A stretch of 64,000 bases of DNA, taken from positions 62,001 to 126,000 of the forward strand of contig JAPDFW010000127.1 in assembly GCA_028826165.1 (NCBI GenBank), given 5' to 3'. Source of the DNA: Anaeramoeba ignava BMAN. Taxonomy: Eukaryota > Protista > Anaeramoebae. The notes under the pieces are model-generated. The model was not told the DNA's origin, searched no databases, and worked only from the letters and a program-made list of their open reading frames with translations. A program made the translations under genes and the position numbers. Below are positions 25,293 to 39,600 of this stretch, piece by piece (the stretch's first letter is position 1; each line of letters starts with the position of its first letter).

Positions 25293-28200
25293 ATGAAATA
25301 TATTTTAGAAAAAAAAATTGGAGCAGGAGCTTTTGGTTTAATTTATCAAGGAAAAGATAAAAATACAAATGAAAAAGTTGCAATAAAAATTGTAAAAAAT
25401 TAAATTTAATTAAAAATTAAATTAAAATTTAAATTATTTTATTAAAAAATAAAACAACTCAGGAAAACAATAAAACAAAATATCCTCAATTATTTCATGA
25501 AAACAGAATTTATCGAATACTTTCTGGCGGAGTTGGTATTCCTAAAATCAAATGGTTTGGTTCTGAAGGGGATCATAATATTCTTGTTATGGATCTTTTA
25601 GGTCCAAGTTTAGAATCTTTATTTCATCAATGTTCAAGAAAATTCTCTTTAAAAACTGTTCTTTTAATTGGTGATCAATTGGTATTAAAAAATAAATATT
25701 AAATTAAATATTAAAATAAATATTAAAATAAATATTAAATTAAATATTAAAATAAATATGAGTGATTTGAGGCTGATGTGAAAAATTTTTTTTTGTTTAT
25801 TTTTTTTCCCTTTTTTAATTAAAATTGAACAAGAAATCTCGATAAAAGCCTCAAATTTTGGTGCTTCCTGAGGCACGATAAAGGTTTATTTCTTTGAGAA
25901 TTAGAAAAATTGAATCAAAAAAAATCAATCAAAAAAAATCAATCAAAAATCAATCAAAAAAAAAGAAAAATGAATTAGATTCTTGTCAAAGAAAAAAGGA
26001 ATAGAAAGAGTGATTATTTTTTCTTAATCTTCTCTTGTAAAAATCATCATTGTAAAAGTATCTTCTGTTCTAAAAGGATTCACGGGAAATATATGAGCAT
26101 CACTTATTCCAAAAAAATTTGAACTAGTTTCGGTTTCTAAGATTTCAGTCCAATAATGACCTTCATTGGCATTTCCAATATGGCGTATTGATCCAAGCAA
26201 TTTCATTTCAGTTTCTTGATTAGGACAACTCTGAAACATGAAAGATTTGACATTGATCTTTTCTTCACATTGAATTTTGGTTCCAATTCTTGTTGTAGAT
26301 TGAGTCAAGGAATCATAATAAGTTCTCTTGAAAAAAATAACCAAATATTTAGGAATAGTCAAAAGAGACAATTTAATGGAGCTTTCTACTTTTTGGTCAC
26401 AATTTTCACAGTGATAATGTTGAGAGAAATCTAAATCCTTTTCAGCGAAATAATTATCGAGCATTGAAGAAATGCTAATTTCTCCGTTCAAAATTGGAAA
26501 GCTAATCACAAGACTTGTTTCTTGAGGAAAGGAGTAAGTAAATCTTTTACATTTCTTACATGTCACCTTTTGCACAATACGAATGCGAAAATCATTTATT
26601 ATAGCTCGATTGTGAATATCAAATTCTTGATAAAGAAGATCATATGGAACATTGAAATCTGAAATATTCTCATTTGATATTAAATCCATCAAGGAAACAA
26701 AAAATTCATGTATATCTTGTTCATTAGTGTTGGAAAATTGAGTCACATGTTCTCCTATTACCTTTCTTAGTGGAGTTATATTAATCGATTCTTCTGAAGA
26801 TTGTAAAATATCGCTCAAAGTTTCAGAAATATCACCTAAACCTAATAGTTCAATTACAGAAGTTCTTAAAAGCACTTGAATGATGGAAGCGATATAGCAT
26901 GAATTGTGTGAATTTGGAATCTTTCTTAAATTCTAATCAAAAATTAAAATGAGAAAATCAAAAAGAAAAAAATAATAAAAGAAGAATTTTCTTACTCCTG
27001 TTTTGCAAATGGATATTGATGATGTAAAATTCTTTTGTTTTGGGAGATTATCTTGAAATTTTGAAATGCGCAAATTTTTGATTTCTTCTTTTTCTTCAAA
27101 TTCAATTTTTCTCTTGACTTGTTGATGTTTTCTGGAAGAACTTCGTAGATTTCCATTCATATGATTCATTTCCTTCATCTTCTTTTCTCTTTGTGAATGA
27201 AATTTTTGTGTTTCATTTGGAATCACCTTTTCATTTTTGGAATTTGTCATTTGAGTATTAAAGAAAGGAATAGAATAATTCTCCTGAATTAATGCTGAAT
27301 TTTGTTTAATTCCAAATTCTTTCTCTTGAAAAATTTGTTCAATTATAGGTATTCTTCTTTTTCGAAAATTGGTGTTTGGCATTCTTGCAGTTTTCAAGTT
27401 TCCTTTTAAGAAAATAAAAATGTGTGATTTTTTAATTTTTGCAATTGGATTCTTGTAAAGAAATTTGAGTGCTCTATTCACATTCAAAATAATTGGTGTT
27501 GTGTTACTAAGTTGAGATAAATAATCAAAAAGTAAATTAATAGTTGTAATATCCCCAAAATTTGCCTTATTCCTTGATATGTTACCAAAATGACGATCAG
27601 ACATATGTTTAGCGTGGTTTCTAAGAAAGAAAATTACCTTAATATCTAAAAATTGCGAACTAAAAGCATCAAAAATCATCCCCAGAACAAAGTTATTTTT
27701 AATGTGTCCTCCATTATCAGAAAAAATCCTTAGTTTTGATATGTTTAATAGATTTCTTTTATGTTGCCATTCATTGAATTTATATCGAAAATCTTGAAAA
27801 CTTTGAAGAACAAATTGGGAATCCTATAAGAGAAATAGAAAATTAATAGAATCAAAAAGGAATTCAATTTTTAAACTTACTTTAGTTTGATCCTCTGAAA
27901 TATAATCGAAATAGAACAACTGTTTTTCAAACTGAATAGTAATATTGAAGATCACCCATGATTTTTTATGATAGAATTCTTGTGTTTCCCAATTATCTCG
28001 ATACTCTTGAAAATTGACTGCAAAGTCCAAGAATAAAATAATTTGATCAAGAAGTTGAATTTCCGATTTGTATAAATTTCTCATTTCAAGAACTTTTCTT
28101 TGGTGATTCTGCCTTTTTTTCATGATTGGATTAGAACATTTTGGACACTGGAAAAAAAAAGCTGTTGCAGAATGAATTGAAAAATACTTTTGAAGAAGTG

Positions 28201-31200
28201 AGCAGAAAGTCCCATATTTAAGATCATTTCCTTTATCCTGTATTTGATTAAAAAGTCTTTTTTTTGTCAAACTTGTGCGGAAAACAGGTATATCTTTTCT
28301 GCTGTAAAAATCAATCGTTGTAAATGTTTCTAAATGATCTAAAATTCGAAGGATATTTTTTTCATGATTTGTGAAAACCCATTCTTTTGATTTTGTTTGA
28401 GATTTTAGGTAAAATGGAATCTTAAAACGATGATGTTCACAATTTAAATGTCTCTTTAGCTTCCATGAATTTAAATTTTTCAATTCCTTATCACAAGAAG
28501 AACAAAAAACTTTTTGTGTATCTAAATTATATGAAAGAAATGGATCCTGATCGATCATTTTTTGAGTATTCATTGGCACTTTCTTTCCACTTTTTGAAAT
28601 AGAGATTTGAACATTCAAAATAGGAATTTCCTCTGAAGTTATTAGAAGAACTTGTTCTTTAACACAATTTAGGAAGATTACAAGTTGTGAATTGTTTGAA
28701 ATACGAACAGTTTTATCTTGAAAGAGATAGGTGAATGCTTGAATCTTTTGTCGAATATTGAAGTTATCTTTCACATCTTTAATTAAGGTTTTAAAGTTTA
28801 GGATCTTTTCAGCATCAAACACACAAAAATTTCCTTGAAAACGAATAAAAAAAGCTTCATTTAAAAGAAAAATGAATTGAGATTTTATCAAAAATTCCTT
28901 TTGAAATCCTCAAAAAGTGGACATTGATTTAATTAAAAAGAAAGAAAAGGAAAAATCTTCTTGATCTTATTTCAAAAAGAAAAACTAAAGAAAAATTGAT
29001 TCTTTAAACTATTTGAAGAAAAAGAAATTGAAAAGGAAAAAGTGGACATTGATTTAATTAAAAAAAAGAAAAAGGAAAAAAATCTTCTTGAACTTATTTC
29101 AAAAAGCAAAGAAAAATTGATTCTTCAATCAAAATACAAATGTCTAATATGTAAAGATATTTTGTAATTGAATTATCGATAAAAACAAATTGAAAGGGAG
29201 AAGAAAAGCAAAATGAAAAATCTGATCTTTTGATTTTTGATTGATTAAAATATGATTCAAAAAAAGTTATTTTAAAAAAGAAGTCTAAAATTTCTCTTTT
29301 ATTTTTTTAAGAGATTTAAAAAAGAAGACATATATGAAATTTAAATTCCTTTTTTAAAAAAATTCCTTTATTAATAAAATCAAAAGTAAATAAATTTGAT
29401 GAGAATTTTTTGGAACAATATAAAAAAAATCACTCAATAAATTGATTATTTGATATTTTAATTTTGAGGCTCAAGAGGCTTTTTTTTTTATTGATTTTTT
29501 TTGCAACAGAATCACTCATATTAAATTAAATATTAAAATAAATATTAAATTAAATATTAAATTAAATATTAAAATAAATATTAAATTAAATATTATAATA
29601 AATATTAAATTAAATATTAAAATAAATATTAAATCAAATATTAAATTAAATATTAAATTAAATATTAAATTAAATATTAAATATTTTAGTTGACTCGAAT
29701 TGAATATCTTCATAAAAAAGGTTTCATTCATAGAGATATTAAACCAGATAATTTTTTGATTGGAACTGGAAAACATTCAAATCAAATTTATATGATTGAT
29801 TTTGGTTTATCAAAAAGATACAAAGATCCTGAAACTCATCTTCATATTCCGTATAAGAAAAACAAAAAATTAACAGGAACAGCAAGATATGCATCTGTTA
29901 ATACTCATTTAGGAATTGGTAAATAAAATCTAAATCAAAATTAAAATCAAAATCAAAATCAAAATCAAAATCAAAATTAAAATCAAATTCAAATTAAAAT
30001 TAAAATCAAATTCAAAATCAAAATTAAAATCAAAATTAAAATCAAAATTAAATTCAAAATTAAAATCAAAATTAAAATTAAAATTAAAATTAAAATCAAA
30101 ATTAAAATTAAAATTAAAATTCAAAATCAAAATCAAAATCAAAATCAAAATTAAAATCAAATTCAAAATTAAAATTAAAATTAAAATTCAAAATCAAAAT
30201 CAAAATCAAATTCAAAATTAAAATTAAAATTAAAATTCAAAATCAAAATCAAAATCAAAATCAAAATCAAAATTAAAATTAAAATTAAAATCAAAATCAA
30301 AATCAAAATCAAAATCAAAATTAAAATTAAAATCAAAATCAAAATTAAAATCAAAATCAAAATCAAATTCAAATTTAAAATTAAAATTAAAATTAAAATT
30401 AAAATTAAAATGAAAATCAAAATCAAAATCAAAATTAAAATTAAAATCAAAACATAGAACAAAGTAGAAGAGATGATCTTGAAGGAATTGGATATGTTCT
30501 TTGTTATTTCCTTTTAGGTTGTCTTCCTTGGCAAGGTCTTAATGCAACAAGTAGAAAACAAAAGTATGAAAGAATTGCAGAAACTAAAATTCGAACAAGT
30601 GTTGAAGAATTAACAAAATCTTTACCAAGTAAAATTGAATTATTATTCTAAAAAATGAAACAATTTATTTATCAATTTTTTTTTTGTTTTTTTTTATTAT
30701 TAAAAAAGTGGAATTTTCAATGTATTTATCAGTTGTCAGAAATTTACGTTTTGAAGAAACTCCTGATTATTCTTATTTAAGAAAAATTTTCAGAGATTTA
30801 TTTTGCAAAGAAGGATTTTTATATGATGGTATTTTTGATTGGACTCCAAATGATGTAAAAAATTAAAATCAAAATTCATTTATAAAATCAAAATTCATTT
30901 ATAAAATTAAAATTCATTTATAAAATTAAAATTCATTTATAAAATTAAAATTCATTTATAAAATTAAAATTCATTTATAAAATTAAAATTCATTTATAAA
31001 ATTAAAATAGAAACAAACTCATCAATCAGGAAAAAAAGAACAAAAATCTATGATTTTATTGAAAACAAATCAAACTGGAAATGATTCTTTAAAAAGAAAA
31101 AGAATTAATCAATTTGGGAATAACAATAACAATAACAATAACAATAACAATAAGAATCCAAATTTAGAAACTAGTAAAACAAATGATCGAAATTCTTCTA

Positions 31201-31352
31201 TTCGTCTTCTTCCAAAAGAAGAATATTTAGGTAAAAGACATCGAGCACAAATCAAAAAAACTCGAACAACTCAAATTTCTCATAATCAAGAAAAGTCTAC
31301 TTTATCTTTTTCAAATACAAAAACTCATGAAAGTCAATTAATTCGAGTTTGA
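25293..31352 (+). CDS. CK1: Casein kinase 1
   Basis: Exons 25293-25391, 25463-25681, 29690-29918, 30458-30628, 30709-30854, 31011-31352; [54 protein letters not shown]. Confidence 0.95.
25760..29517 (-). mobile_element. Sola2-like DNA transposon (3758 bp) inserted in CK1 intron 2
   Basis: Termini GAGTGATT...AATCACTC (8-bp TIR); 4-bp TSD ATAT at 25756-25759 and 29518-29521, whose removal restores the host satellite; encodes a Sola2-type DDD core. Confidence 0.85.
26024..28924 (-). CDS. Sola2-type transposase fused to a USP (peptidase C19) domain; start uncertain
   Basis: Exons ~28891-27881, 27823-26996, 26932-26024 with phase-0 introns of 57 and 63 nt. C2H2-like finger; [31 protein letters not shown]; then [40 protein letters not shown]. 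Confidence 0.8.
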
Positions 31353-31681
31353 ATGAATTTTTTTTTGAATGAATTTTTTTTTGATTGAAAAGTTGATTGG
31401 AAAATTAATCAATAGTTTTTTTTTAGTTCAATTCTATATATTTTTTTTTGCTTTGTTTTATTTGATGAAAAATGAAAATCCAAAATAGTTTTTAAATTGA
31501 AAAATTTATTTTTTATTTTTAATTTTTTATTTTTTTATTTTTTTGGAATTCATTTTTTTTTTTGTAAAATTTTATTTTAAAAATTATATTTATTAAATTT
31601 AAATTGAAATTTTTTTTTATAAAATTTTTTTTTTATGTGTTAAAAATTAATTTAGAAATTAATTAACAAAACAAAAAAATT

Positions 31682-34600
31682 ATGGCATTTCGAGTTTCAA
31701 AGTTTAGACATGTTTATGGAACTGCATGTAAACCTGAAGAAAGATATTCAGATCTAAGTGTTTCATCAAAAGAAACAACAAGTAATACAATAACTGTTTC
31801 AACAAAATTTTTCGCAATTCCTGCTTATGTAAAATTAAATTAAATTAAAAAATTATAATTAATTAAAAAATTATAATTATAATTATTTAGTCGGTTAGTG
31901 GTGGAAATGTTATAGTTCATTCTTTAGAAAAAGTTGGTAGAGGAACAAAAGCTCATCCTGTTATTCAAGGTCATACTTCTTATGTTACAGATATGACTTT
32001 TTCACCTTTTGATGATAATTTATTATTTACTTCTTCTGATGATGCAACAATAAAAGTATATTTATATCAATATTTATATCAATATTTATATCAATATTTA
32101 TATCAATATTTATATCAAAATTTATATCAATATTTATATCAAAATTTATATCAAAATTTATATCAATATTTATATCAATATTTATATCAAAATTTATATT
32201 AATATTAATATCAATATTTATATCAATATTTATATCAATATTTATATCAATATTTATATTAAAATTTATATTTATATTTATATCAATATTTATATCAAAA
32301 TTTATATCAATATTTATATCAATATTTATATCAATATTTATATCAAAATTTATATTAATATTTATATCAATATTTATATCAATATTTATATCAATATTTA
32401 TATCAATATTTATATCAAAATTTATATCAAAATTTATATCAAAATTTATATCAATATTTATATCAAAATTTATATCAAAATTTATATCAATATTTATATC
32501 AATATTTATATCAAAATTTATATTTATATTTATATCAATATTTATATCAAAAATTTATATCAAAAATTTATATCAAAATTTATATCAATATTTATATCAA
32601 TATTTATATCAATATTTATATCAATATTTATCAAAATTTATATCAATATTTATATCAATATTTATATCAATATTAATATCAATATTTATATCAATATTTA
32701 TATCAATATTTATATCAAAATTTATATCAAAATTTATATCAATATTTATATCAATATTTATATTTATATTTATATCAATATTTATATCAATATTTATATC
32801 AAAATTAATATCAATATTTATATCAAAATTTATATCAAAATTTATATCAAAATTTATATCAAAATTTATATCAAAATTTATATCAAAATTTATATTAAAA
32901 TTTATATCAAAATTTATATCAAAATTTATATCGAAATTTATATTAAAATTTATATCAATATTTATATCAAAATTAATATCAAAATTAATATCAAAATTAA
33001 GATATGGAGAATACCAGATGAAGGATTAACAAGTAATATTTCGGATTGTGAAATGAAATTAGTTGGACACAAAAAAAGAATCTTAACAATCAAGCACAAT
33101 CCAACTAGCAAAGACATATTAGCAAGTGGGTCACTTGATCAAACAATGAAGATCTGGGATATAGAAGAAGGAAAAGAAGTATCAACGATAGAAAATATAT
33201 TTGGAGGAGAAGTTGAAGAAATAGATTGGAATTGGGATGGAAGTCAAGTTGTAAGTGTTTGCAAAGATACAAAAGTAAGAATATTCGATCCAAGAACACA
33301 AAGTGAAATGATTGAAGGAAAAACACATGTTGGAACAAAATCAAGAAGGGTTTGTTGGCTTGGAAACTCAACAAAGTTCATCACAACTGGTTTTGGAAGA
33401 GGTGTTCGTGAATACAGTATTTTTGACTCTCGATCAATGGAGAAGCCTCTAACTAATACTATTCTTGATTCATCAACAAGTATTCTTATGCCCTTTTTCG
33501 ATAATGATTCCTCTTTGTTGTTTTTGGCTGGCAAAAGTGAAGGTACTATTCGTGCAATGGAAATTCTTGATTCAGATCCTTATTGTCTTTCTGCTACAGC
33601 TTTCCAAGAGGGAAATTTGCCTCAGAAAGGTTTGGCAATGTTGCCAAAAAGAGCAGTTGATGTCACAAAAACAGAAATTGTTAAATTTTTCAAAGTGACT
33701 CCAAGATTTATTGAATCAATATCATTTCAAATTCCTCGAAAGGTATTTATAAATTTTAATTTTAATTTTAATTTTAATTTTAATTTTAATTTTATTTCAA
33801 TTTTAATTTTGATTTTAATTTCTATTTTGATTTTAATTTTAATTTTGATTTTAATTTTGATTTTAATTTCTATTTTGATTTTAATTTTAATTTTAATTTT
33901 AATTTTAATTTTAATTTTAATTTTAAATTTAATTTATATTTAATTTTATATTTTAATTTGATTTTGATTTTGATTTTGATTTATATTTTGATTTATATTT
34001 TGAATTTATATTTATATTTAATTTTAATTTTGATTTTAATTTTGATTTATATTTTGATTTTAATTTTATATTTAATTTTAATTTATTTTATATTTTAATT
34101 TAGACAACAAGCTACTTCGCAAAAGAATTATACCCAGATACTAAAGGTCCAGAACCATCACAATCAGGAAAAGAATGGCAAGAAGGACAAAACAAAGAAC
34201 CAATTTTAATAAGCCTTGAACCAACAAACTTGACAACAGATGGAGCATTCATTCAAGAAGAACCTAAAGAAGAAAATCAAAATCAAAACGACGATGATAT
34301 TAAAATAGATTACAGTATCAAATCAAAAGAAGAAAAAAAACCAGCAAAAAAATGGGTATCTCCATATGAATTGAAGAAAGAAGAAGAAGCAAAGAAACGG
34401 GGAGACACAAACGAAGACAAGGAAATCAAAATTCAAAGAAGAGATTCGCCAGTTCAAGTAGTAAGACAATCTCTTGTAAGACACACTTTTATCACACCAG
34501 GAAAAACATCGGAACAATTTTTCGGACTCAAACTACAGAACATAAGACCAGTCCAGACAAACAGCATCGATGTGAACGAGAAGTTCTTCGCAACGCCATT

Positions 34601-35831
34601 GGCAGGAATTGGCGGAAACGTCGGCGTTTTCGATGTAAACAAGTTCGGACGAATAAAACCTAATCATCCAATAATTCGCGGACATTCGGGAGCAATAACG
34701 GATCTCTGTTTCTCGCCGCATAAAAAAAACTTATTAGCCACCGCGTCGGAAGACGGACATGTAAAGTTGTGGACAATCCCCGAAAATGGACTCACGACAG
34801 ATCTGAACGACTCTACTGTCGATCTGTCTGGACACAAACAAAAAATCACGTTGATAAAATTTCATCCGTTAGCTGAAAATGTTTTGGTCTCAAATTCTGC
34901 CGATTGCACAATCAAGTTGTGGGATATCGAGAAGAACGATCCTGTTGTTTCATTATCGCACCACAACGACGTTCTCACAAGTCTCGAATTCAATTATGAA
35001 GGTTTATTAGTTGCCACTTTGTCACTTGACAACCAACTGAGAATTTTTGATCCCCGAACAGAAAACATCGAGAACCAGACAAACGCCCATGAGTCCGTCA
35101 AAGGATCCCGCTTGTGCTGGCTGGGAGACACCGGATTCATTCTGACAGCAGGATATTCCAAAACAAGTTCGCGCGAAGTCATGCTTCATGATCTCCGCAA
35201 CTTTTCCTCACCACTAAAAAAAATCACAATAGACCAATCCGCAGGCATCCTCATGCCCTTCTTCGACCCAGGTTCTAACGTCATCTTTCTCGCAGGCAAA
35301 GGAGACGGAAACATCAAACTCTACGAACTGCAACAGGATGAAAAAACCATCCACTATCTCAGCGATTATCGCTCCAGTTCCCCTCAAGTTGGTGTTGCGG
35401 CCTTCCCTCTTTCTGCTAGAGATTTTGCTCAGGTAGAAATTGCGCGGTTCGTCAAGTTGATGGAGAATTCAATCGTGATATTGCATGCCAAAATCCCTCG
35501 CACTCGTGCAGAATTTTTCCAGGATGATCTCTTCCCTCCTGTATACTATACAGACAAATCCCTTTTGTCTGCGCAAGAGTATTTCGAAGGGAGTGATGCC
35601 CAAATCTCAAAAGTTGATTTTTGTCCAAATGGTATGACAAAATTAAGTGATGCTCCTCAACAAGAAAAGAAAAAAGGTAAATATTCTTTTGAAGTAGAAA
35701 GTAAACAAGAAAAAGAACTTACTCGTGATTTGGTTCTTCAGAAAATGTATGAGAAAATTGATATGTATGCTGATTCTTCAAGTGATGAGGATGAGAAAAA
35801 AGATGATTCTGATGATTCCGATTGGAATTAA
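31682..35831 (+). CDS. CORO7: Tandem coronin (coronin-7/CRN7-like)
   Basis: Exons 31682-31828, 31891-32055, 33002-33742, 34104-35831; [13 protein letters not shown]; two coronin WD units (LMPFFD..LFLAGK twice; FFQDDLFP); acidic tail DSDDSDWN. Confidence 0.92.
32056..33001. repeat. 12-bp TATCAATATTTA/TATCAAAATTTA satellite intron
   Basis: Direct reading. Confidence 0.95.
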
Positions 35832-36652
35832 ATAAATCAATACTCAATCCAAAAACAAAAACAAAAACAAAAACAAAAACAAAAACAAAAACAAAAACAA
35901 AAACAAAAACGATTTAAAATTCAAACAGAAAATAAAAAAAAATTTAAAAAGAAAATAAAAAGAAAATTTAATTTAAAATTTAAAAAAACAAAAACAAAAA
36001 AAAAGAAAAATTTAATTTAAGATTTAATTTAAAAACGATTTAAAATTCAAACAGAAAATAAAAGAAGATTTAATTTAAAATTTAATTCAAAATTCAAAAA
36101 GAAAATAAAAGAAAATTCAATTCAAAATTCAATTCAAAATTCAAAAAGAAAATAAAAGAAGATTTAATTTAAAATTCAATTTAAAATTCAAACAGAAAAT
36201 AAAAGAAGATTCAATTTAAAATTCAAACAGAAAATAAAAGAAAATTTAATTTAAAATTTAATTTAAAATTCAAACAGAAAATAAAAGAAAATTTAATTTA
36301 AAATTCAATTCAAAATTTAAAAAGAAAATAAAAGAAAATTTAATTTAAAATTCAAACAGAAAATAAAAGAAAATTTAATTCAAAATTTAATTTAAGATTC
36401 AAACAGAAAATAAAAGAAAAATTCAATTTAAAATTCAATTTAAAATTCAAACAGAAAATAAAAGAAAATTTAATTTAAAATTTAATTTAAAATTTAAAAA
36501 GAAAATAAAAGACGATTAAAAAAAAATGGAAGATTTATTCTCCTTTTCTTATTTTTGAATTTTTCTTCTCCTTTTCTTTTTTTTTTTCTTCTTCAAAATT
36601 TTTTTTTTTCCTTTTTTTAATTTTATTTTTTTTTTTTCATTTTTTTTTTAAA

Positions 36653-39600
36653 ATGAGTTCTAAAAAAGTAAAATTATTAATTTGGTTAATAATTAATGAA
36701 AAATTTATAAAAAACTTGGAAAATATTCAAGTTTTTATAAATTCTAAACATAAGACAGAATTTAAACAAAAAAGTAAAACAGATTCAATTTGGTTTTGTG
36801 AAACTGAAATTGAAATGGAAAAAGAAAATAAAGAAAATAAAGAAAATAAAGAAATAAAAGTAAAGAAAGTAAAGAAAGTAAAGAAAGTAAAGAAAATGAA
36901 GATCAACCCTTTCAAAAAAACATCAAATTTATAATAAAAGCTCAAAAAAATGATCTTAAAGAAAAAATTCAATCTGCAAATTATAAAATTATTGAAACTA
37001 ATCCTCATCAAACAATCTTTTATTTTTTCCAATTTACTAATGATGAAAAAAAAACCGAAATGTTGAATACCTCATCTATTTTGAAATTCCTTAATATAAT
37101 TCTTTTCTCAAAAAAAACAAAAATCCTCAAAGAAGATATTTCTAAAAAATGGGAAATTGTTTCTGCTTTATTCCAAATCAAAAAACCCCAAAAAGTAGAG
37201 TTTTATGATTGGATCAAAAAATTAAAAATTACTCAAAATACTCAAATATTCTTATTGATATCTTTAATCTCAAAAAGATTCAATCTTAAAGTTGCCCAAA
37301 ACTTGTTATTCGGTTCAAATAAACCAGAAAATAAATTCCAAGATTTAACTGAACTCACTTTTGAATTCTTTTCTCAAGAAAATCAAGAAATAGAATCACT
37401 CAAAACCAGTTTCAAAACAACAATTTCTAATATTTGTAGAAAATCAAAAAAAGTGGATTATGTCAAATTAGTTCCTTTTTATTTAATGCTTAAAAAAATG
37501 CAAATCAATCATAATTTCCAAGTTTGCTTGAAATCTCAAGAATTAGCACCAAATTTTATCATTTTGTTAAATGTCACTTTCCTCAATAAATCTTTCTTGG
37601 ATTTTTTTAACATTTCACTATTCACATCAATTTTTGGAACAGATTTTCATTCAACAAAAGCTTACGAACAATTTCTTCTTAAACTTGTTTCACATTTTGA
37701 AATAATCAAAAATATAGAACTTTATTTATCTGTTGATAATTTCCTCAAGCTTTTTGATAAACTAAAGTTCAATGATATGAATAATTTTTTTAGTTTTTGG
37801 AGTCCTTTTTATATCCATGTGAAAAAAATCATAGAACAAAATAAAAAAAAAGTAGATAAAAGAATGACAAAAACTTTCAAACAAATATTAAAAGGTTCTA
37901 GATCTACTAGCAACACTATTTCTTCAGAAAAGAAAATAGAACTTCTTCAAATTGAAGAAATTATTATGAAGAATTTCTCTGATCAAAAATTTCAATCAGA
38001 TCAGGATATTCTTATATTGGTTAATTTTGCAAATCCCGATATTATTTCTCATATTAGCAAATTCTCCACAAATCTTTTTAATTATTTTTCTTCAGAAATT
38101 ACCAAACTTTACAAAAAAGTTGATAAAGATTCCATTCTAGATAATGACAAAATAATAAAACATATCCCTTTCGTTCAAATTCAATGCAAAGAATGGCAAG
38201 ATTTTTCAGGAATAGATCCTCAAAATATAAATTATCAAAGCTCTTTCTCTTCATTAATTCCTGAATTTAAAACATCAGGAAAAATTCCAAAATTATCTCA
38301 ATCATTCCTTTGGTTTAAAAAATCTCAAAAATTAATCAAAGATTGGTCAACAAAAAAAATCCCGTTTTTAAAATTACTCAACGAATATAAGGAAAATCTC
38401 TTGAAATTTGCTGGGAATTTGTCTTCTTGTTCGTGCACATTTCAGGATTTCTCAATCTTTTCTCAATATAAAACCGATTATCAAAATCTTTTCAAATCTT
38501 TATTAATAAAAGATTTGAATTTCGAAAAGGCAGAATCAATTTACAATCAAATACAATCCAAATCAAAATGTTTATCTGATTTCGCTGATTTTTATTTACC
38601 AGAAACAAACGAAATGTGCCAAAAAATTCATAATGAATTCATATCTAAAGCTAAAACTATTGAAACAGAGCAAAAAAAACTAAGTGATTTCGATCCCTCT
38701 TTTTCTGATTTCGAGATTGATTTCGATCTTTTGAAATGGATGAATACTCTCCAAACATCATCAATCTTCTGGAATTTGTGGAATTCCCAACTCCAAAAAA
38801 CTTCACAAGAAAAACCTATCAAAATCGAACAACTCAAAACTAAAATTATTAAAAACACAAAATCTGAATGGGATCAAATCCATAAATCTATTACTGATCA
38901 ATCTATTAAAATCTCCAAATTGGATTTACTTTTTTCTGAAAACATTAATGATAAGACCTGGATTCAAAAGGAGATTAAATTCCTCAATCCAAAATATAAA
39001 AATGAAAAATCCATAATAAAAAAATCCAAAAATGAAAAATCCAAAAATGAGAAATATCTTGAAGAATACCTGAAAGTAAAAGAAATTCAACTTTTTCTGC
39101 TATCTTTCTTTAAATTTTGTGAAAAATATTCCTTCGAAAATAACCAAAACAATTATCAAGATTTATTCTCAAATTGGGATAATTGGACTCTTAGCGATAC
39201 AACATTAATATTATCAAATTTAAATCAGGAGTTCGGTTCTGTTGAAAGTTCTATTATCACTTTTTTCCAGAATTTAATTGAAATCAAATATCAAGAAAAC
39301 ACTTCAAAAACAGAATATTTATATAATACTGATTTACTTGATTTTCTCTTGCAAAAAAAATACCAAAATGACGAACTCTTTTTTTCAGAAATTGATCCAG
39401 ATAGGATGGAAGATGGAATATACAAGGAAGCTGTGCAGCAATTAATCAATTTAAGAAAAAGAATGAAAGCATACTTGTATTCTAATAATACATACAAATC
39501 AAAAAAGTATCTCTTGCAAATCATTTCCCATGAAGAAGCAAGATTCAAATCTTCCTCTCATCAAACTTCATTTTCCTTAATTCGTAATTCCCTTCCTGGT

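Noticed and set aside
28910-28924. TGA recoding at the transposase start (ATG TCC ACT TTT TGA)
   Set aside because: TGA is used as a stop elsewhere in the window; a homopolymer error or element decay is simpler.
36840-36860. Separate 93-aa gene upstream of the RNF213-like ORF
   Set aside because: One missing A in the KENKENK repeat joins it in frame to the large ORF.
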